Assembly (NCBI GenBank): GCA_037445915.1
Contig: JBBIJQ010000037.1
Location: 1 to 18,994 of the forward strand
Reading direction: 5' to 3'
Length of the DNA stretch: 18,994 nucleotides
Source: Planctomycetales bacterium
GTDB lineage: Bacteria; 4484-113
The notes under the pieces were generated by a model. That model did not search any database, was not told where the DNA came from, and saw nothing but the letters and a program-made list of their open reading frames with translations. Every line of letters begins with the position of its first letter. The stretch's first letter is position 1. Both the position numbers and the translations under genes were made by a program. Of the stretch, positions 15,871 through 18,994 are shown piece by piece.

Positions 15871-16779
15871 ATGGAAGGCGCAACGCACATTGTCACCGGC
15901 GCTTACGGTTTCACCGGCAGCCATGTCGCACGGATGCTTTTGGAGAAAGGGCGGAGCGTCAAAACGCTGACGAACCATTCGCGCAAAGACGACCCGTTCG
16001 CAGGGAAAGTTGAAGCGCTGCCGTTTAGCTTCGGCGAGCCAGCGAAGCTCGTTGAATCGTTGAAGGGCTGCGAAGCTCTCTTCAACACTTATTGGATACG
16101 CTTCCCCGGAAAAGGCGTTACGTTTGAGCAAGCCACGGCGAACTCGTTGACGCTGCTCAAGTGCGCTCAGGATGCGGGTGTGCAGCGCATTGTGCACATA
16201 AGCATTACCAATCCAAGCCTTGATTCACGGCTACAATACTTTAAGGGCAAAGCTGTTGTGGAAGATGCGATTATCAAGAGCGGGATGTCTTATGCTATCT
16301 TGCGCCCGGCGGTTATCTTCGGCGATGAGGGCATTCTAATCAACAACTTGGCGTGGATGCTGCGCCATCTTCCCGCATTCGGCGCGCCGGGTAATGGGCG
16401 TTACAAGCTGAGCCCAATCTTCGTGGAAGACCTTGCGGCCGCAATGGTGCGCGAGGGCGAAAGCCGCGAAAACAAGGTTCTTGACGCGCTGGGACCGGAG
16501 ACGTTTACATACGACGAGCTTGTGCGCGCGATCGCTAATGCGATAAGCGTACGCAGGCCGCTCGTGCACATGCCGAATTGGATGGTGTTTCTGGCGGGGT
16601 GGGGGCTTGGGCTCATGCTGCGCGATGTTGTGCTCACCTGGGACGAGGTCATAGGGCTTACCGCTGGGCTGCTTTCCACTAACTCGCCGCCGCTTGGAAC
16701 AACGAAGCTCACCGGTTGGATGCAGGAGCACTGCGACACGCTCGGTAAGCGCTACATGTCGGAGCAGGCGCGGCGGTAG
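15871..16779 (+). CDS. Atypical SDR / NAD(P)-binding epimerase (NDUFA9-like)
   Basis: Motifs VTGAYGFTG, HISIT, YFKGK, ILRPAVIFG, PIFVEDLA and GPETFTY. Confidence 0.85.
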   Translation: MEGATHIVTGAYGFTGSHVARMLLEKGRSVKTLTNHSRKDDPFAGKVEALPFSFGEPAKLVESLKGCEALFNTYWIRFPGKGVTFEQATANSLTLLKCAQDAGVQRIVHISITNPSLDSRLQYFKGKAVVEDAIIKSGMSYAILRPAVIFGDEGILINNLAWMLRHLPAFGAPGNGRYKLSPIFVEDLAAAMVREGESRENKVLDALGPETFTYDELVRAIANAISVRRPLVHMPNWMVFLAGWGLGLMLRDVVLTWDEVIGLTAGLLSTNSPPLGTTKLTGWMQEHCDTLGKRYMSEQARR

Positions 16780-16865
16780 CGGAATGACGAAGACAATTCA
16801 GCGTTAGCGGCGTTCGCGGAAGCCTAGATACAAGCTAAAATAGTCATATCCCTAAGGAGGGTCTT

Positions 16866-18389
16866 ATGCCATACCCATTTTTGAAGAAACTTGGAATTGA
16901 GAAACATAACCTAGGCGGGTTCGCCGGCAAGTGGTTCGCGCACGGCGAAGACCTTGACGTGTTTACGCCGATTGACGGCTCACTCATTGCGACGGTGAAG
17001 CAGTGCACGGCGAAGGATTATGCAAAAGCGTCCGCCGCCGCCGCCGAAGCTTTTGAATACTGGCGCGAAATTCCTGCGCCCAAGCGCGGTGAAGTCGTGC
17101 GCCAACTAGGGAATGAGCTGCGCGAGCACAAGCAGGAACTCGGGAGCCTGGTTTCGCTGGAGATGGGCAAGATACTCCCCGAGGGCATCGGCGAAGTGCA
17201 GGAGATGATTGACATCTGCGACTTCGCCGTCGGCTTGTCGCGCCAGCTCTACGGACTGACCATCGCCTCCGAGCGCCCCAAACACTTCATGATGGAGCAG
17301 TGGCATTCGCTTGGAACCGTCGGCATTATCAGCGCGTTCAACTTCCCTGTCGCAGTATGGGCGTGGAACGCTGCGCTTGCGGCGGTGTGCGGTGATTCAA
17401 TGATATGGAAGCCCGCTTCCAAGACGCCGCTCACTGCAATCGCGGTGACGAAGATCGCCGCGCGCGTGCTCCGGCGCAACGGCGTGCCGCCTGCATTAAT
17501 GAGCCTAACTATAGGACCCGGCTCCACCGTCGGCGAGGCGATGCTTAAGGACGATAGCGTGAAGCTAGTTTCGCTGACCGGCTCAAGCAAGGTGGGGCAT
17601 CATGCGGCGCAGGTTATCGCCGAGCGCTTCGGCAAGGCGATACTGGAGCTTGGCGGAAACAACGCCATCATCGTTACGCCCAGCGCCAATATGGACCTGG
17701 CGGTTCGCGGCATCCTCTTCGGAGCTGTCGGCACGACCGGCCAACGCTGCACTTCGACGCGCCGCATCATCGCGCACAAATCTGTGAAAGCTAAACTTGT
17801 GGCTGCGCTGATGAAAGCCTATGGGCAGGTGCCAATTGGCAACCCGCTGAAGGATGGAACGCTGATGGGCCCGCTGGTGGATAAGCGCGCGGTTGAAGAC
17901 ATGATGGATGCAATCGAGCGCGCTAAGTGTGAAGGCGGGAAAGTCGTCTGCGGCGGCAAGAAGCTGAGCGGGAAAGGCTATCCAGGCGGCTGCTATGTAA
18001 CGCCGTGCATAATGGAAGTGCCGCGCCAGGTGCCGATGGTATGCGAGGAGACTTTCGCGCCTATTCTCTACGTGATGTCATATGACAAGTTGGACGAAGC
18101 CATCGCGATACATAACGCGGTGCCGCAAGGGCTTTCCTCCGCGATGTTCACCAACGATTTGCTGGAGGCGCAACGGTTCCTTAGCGCAACCGGCAGCGAC
18201 TGCGGCATCGCAAACGTGAACATCGGCACGAGCGGCGCGGAAATCGGCGGAGCGTTCGGAGGCGAGAAGGAAACCGGCGGTGGGCGCGAGAGCGGCTCGG
18301 ACGCTTGGAAGGCTTATATGCGCCGCCAGACTAACACCGTGAACTGGAGCCCCGACTTACCCCTCGCGCAAGGCATCAAGTTCGGGTAA
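16866..18389 (+). CDS. Aldehyde dehydrogenase family 7 (piperideine-6-carboxylate / aminoadipate-semialdehyde dehydrogenase-like)
   Basis: Motifs GEVQEMIDICDFAVGLSRQLYG, ISAFNFPVAVW, LELGGNN, GTTGQRCT, NIGTSGAEIGGAFGGEKETGGGRESGSDAWKAY and PLAQGIKF. SD AAGGAGG. Confidence 0.93.
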   Translation: MPYPFLKKLGIEKHNLGGFAGKWFAHGEDLDVFTPIDGSLIATVKQCTAKDYAKASAAAAEAFEYWREIPAPKRGEVVRQLGNELREHKQELGSLVSLEMGKILPEGIGEVQEMIDICDFAVGLSRQLYGLTIASERPKHFMMEQWHSLGTVGIISAFNFPVAVWAWNAALAAVCGDSMIWKPASKTPLTAIAVTKIAARVLRRNGVPPALMSLTIGPGSTVGEAMLKDDSVKLVSLTGSSKVGHHAAQVIAERFGKAILELGGNNAIIVTPSANMDLAVRGILFGAVGTTGQRCTSTRRIIAHKSVKAKLVAALMKAYGQVPIGNPLKDGTLMGPLVDKRAVEDMMDAIERAKCEGGKVVCGGKKLSGKGYPGGCYVTPCIMEVPRQVPMVCEETFAPILYVMSYDKLDEAIAIHNAVPQGLSSAMFTNDLLEAQRFLSATGSDCGIANVNIGTSGAEIGGAFGGEKETGGGRESGSDAWKAYMRRQTNTVNWSPDLPLAQGIKFG

Positions 18390-18457
18390 CTTCCAACGAT
18401 ACTATACAGCTAGTTCTAGTAGAATACTTCGTACCTAGGCTGTAGACGGAGGTAACG

Positions 18458-18661
18458 ATGAATACCGGTCCCGAAAACTGCCGGACATGCAAGTACTTCG
18501 CCATCAGCTTCGCCAACGGAATGGCGGAAGGGCACTTTGTGATGGGGGAGTGCGTCAACCCTGAAAGCGACTACGAGCACCGCATCGTTGACGCGGCATT
18601 TTGCTGTGAGCAGCACGAATCACGGCAAGAGCTTTATACACTGGGAGATTTGGTAGAATAG
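18458..18661 (+). CDS. Small Cys-rich putative metal/Fe-S binding protein
   Basis: Strong SD GGAGGT. Cys pattern C8xxC11...C32...C49C50 plus H53 in 67 aa. Confidence 0.65.
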   Translation: MNTGPENCRTCKYFAISFANGMAEGHFVMGECVNPESDYEHRIVDAAFCCEQHESRQELYTLGDLVE

Positions 18662-18667
18662 CCTTCC

Positions 18668-18994
18668 GTGATAACGCTGCTTCTTCATACAAGAGGCCCG
18701 GTACTTACGCTGCGCGAGCCGCACCACGCGCCTAAGCGGGGGCATGCACTCGGCGACTTAGATATTCTCTTTGGCGGCTATGTCGGGATTGACGCCGTTA
18801 GCGGAAAAATAATTTACCTGAGCCAACAGGAGCCAGACCCATCGCTTACGAACGGGCAGTGCGTCCGTTGCGATGTAGGCGACCACGTTATCATGCCCGG
18901 CTTTGTTGACTGCCACAACCACCTTCTCTGGTCGGGATCAAGGGCGCACGAGTTTTTTGCACGCTGCCAAGGGGCTACTTATCACGAGATAGCG
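18668..18994 (+). CDS. hutI: Imidazolonepropionase, N-terminal part (runs off the window end)
   Basis: Manual translation from GTG 18668 gives MITLLLHTRGPVLTL...PKRG...VIMPGFVDCHNHLLWSGSRAHEFFARCQGATYHEIA, matching the HutI signature PGxVDxHxH...GxRxxEF..R..GxxYxEIA. Confidence 0.9.
   Translation, partial: MITLLLHTRGPVLTLREPHHAPKRGHALGDLDILFGGYVGIDAVSGKIIYLSQQEPDPSLTNGQCVRCDVGDHVIMPGFVDCHNHLLWSGSRAHEFFARCQGATYHEIA

Noticed and set aside
14735-15896. Long minus-strand ORFs (338 aa and 239 aa)
   Set aside because: Typical antisense shadows of SDR genes. The plus-strand SDR has all catalytic motifs.
18405-18444. Imperfect stem TACAGCTAG/CTAGGCTGTA after the ALDH gene as a terminator
   Set aside because: Large loop, weak stem and no U-tract.
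1-18994. CRISPR arrays, IS elements, prophage genes, tRNA and rRNA
   Set aside because: No regularly spaced repeats, transposase or integrase motifs, or cloverleaf structures were seen. The intergenic gaps are short and largely explained.

Overview
A bacterial chromosomal window, probably from a diderm because it carries an LptF/LptG-family permease. It is densely packed with housekeeping and amino-acid catabolic genes. In order: pheT (5' part, absent from the ORF track), nitroreductase, a secreted hypothetical, a DUF6642-like protein with a caspase/CHAT-type His-Cys dyad, an AIR-synthase (PurM/ThiL/HypE fold) gene, lptF/G, mutM, isoaspartyl peptidase, gpmI, a DUF4438-like protein, a small membrane protein, 3-hydroxyacyl-CoA dehydrogenase, dxr, tldD, pruA, two SDRs, an ALDH7-type dehydrogenase, a small Cys-rich protein and hutI (5' part, absent from the ORF track). 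I saw no mobile element, CRISPR array, tRNA or rRNA. The best lead is a clear TPP riboswitch with its own sigma70 promoter controlling the stand-alone AIR-synthase-family gene, which suggests an uncharacterised thiamine-salvage kinase. Secondary leads are the stand-alone caspase-like protease, recurrent extended -10 and leaderless promoters, a palindrome-rich divergent promoter, a structured pruA leader and a HiPIP-like mini-protein. All family assignments come from motif recognition by eye, not database searches.
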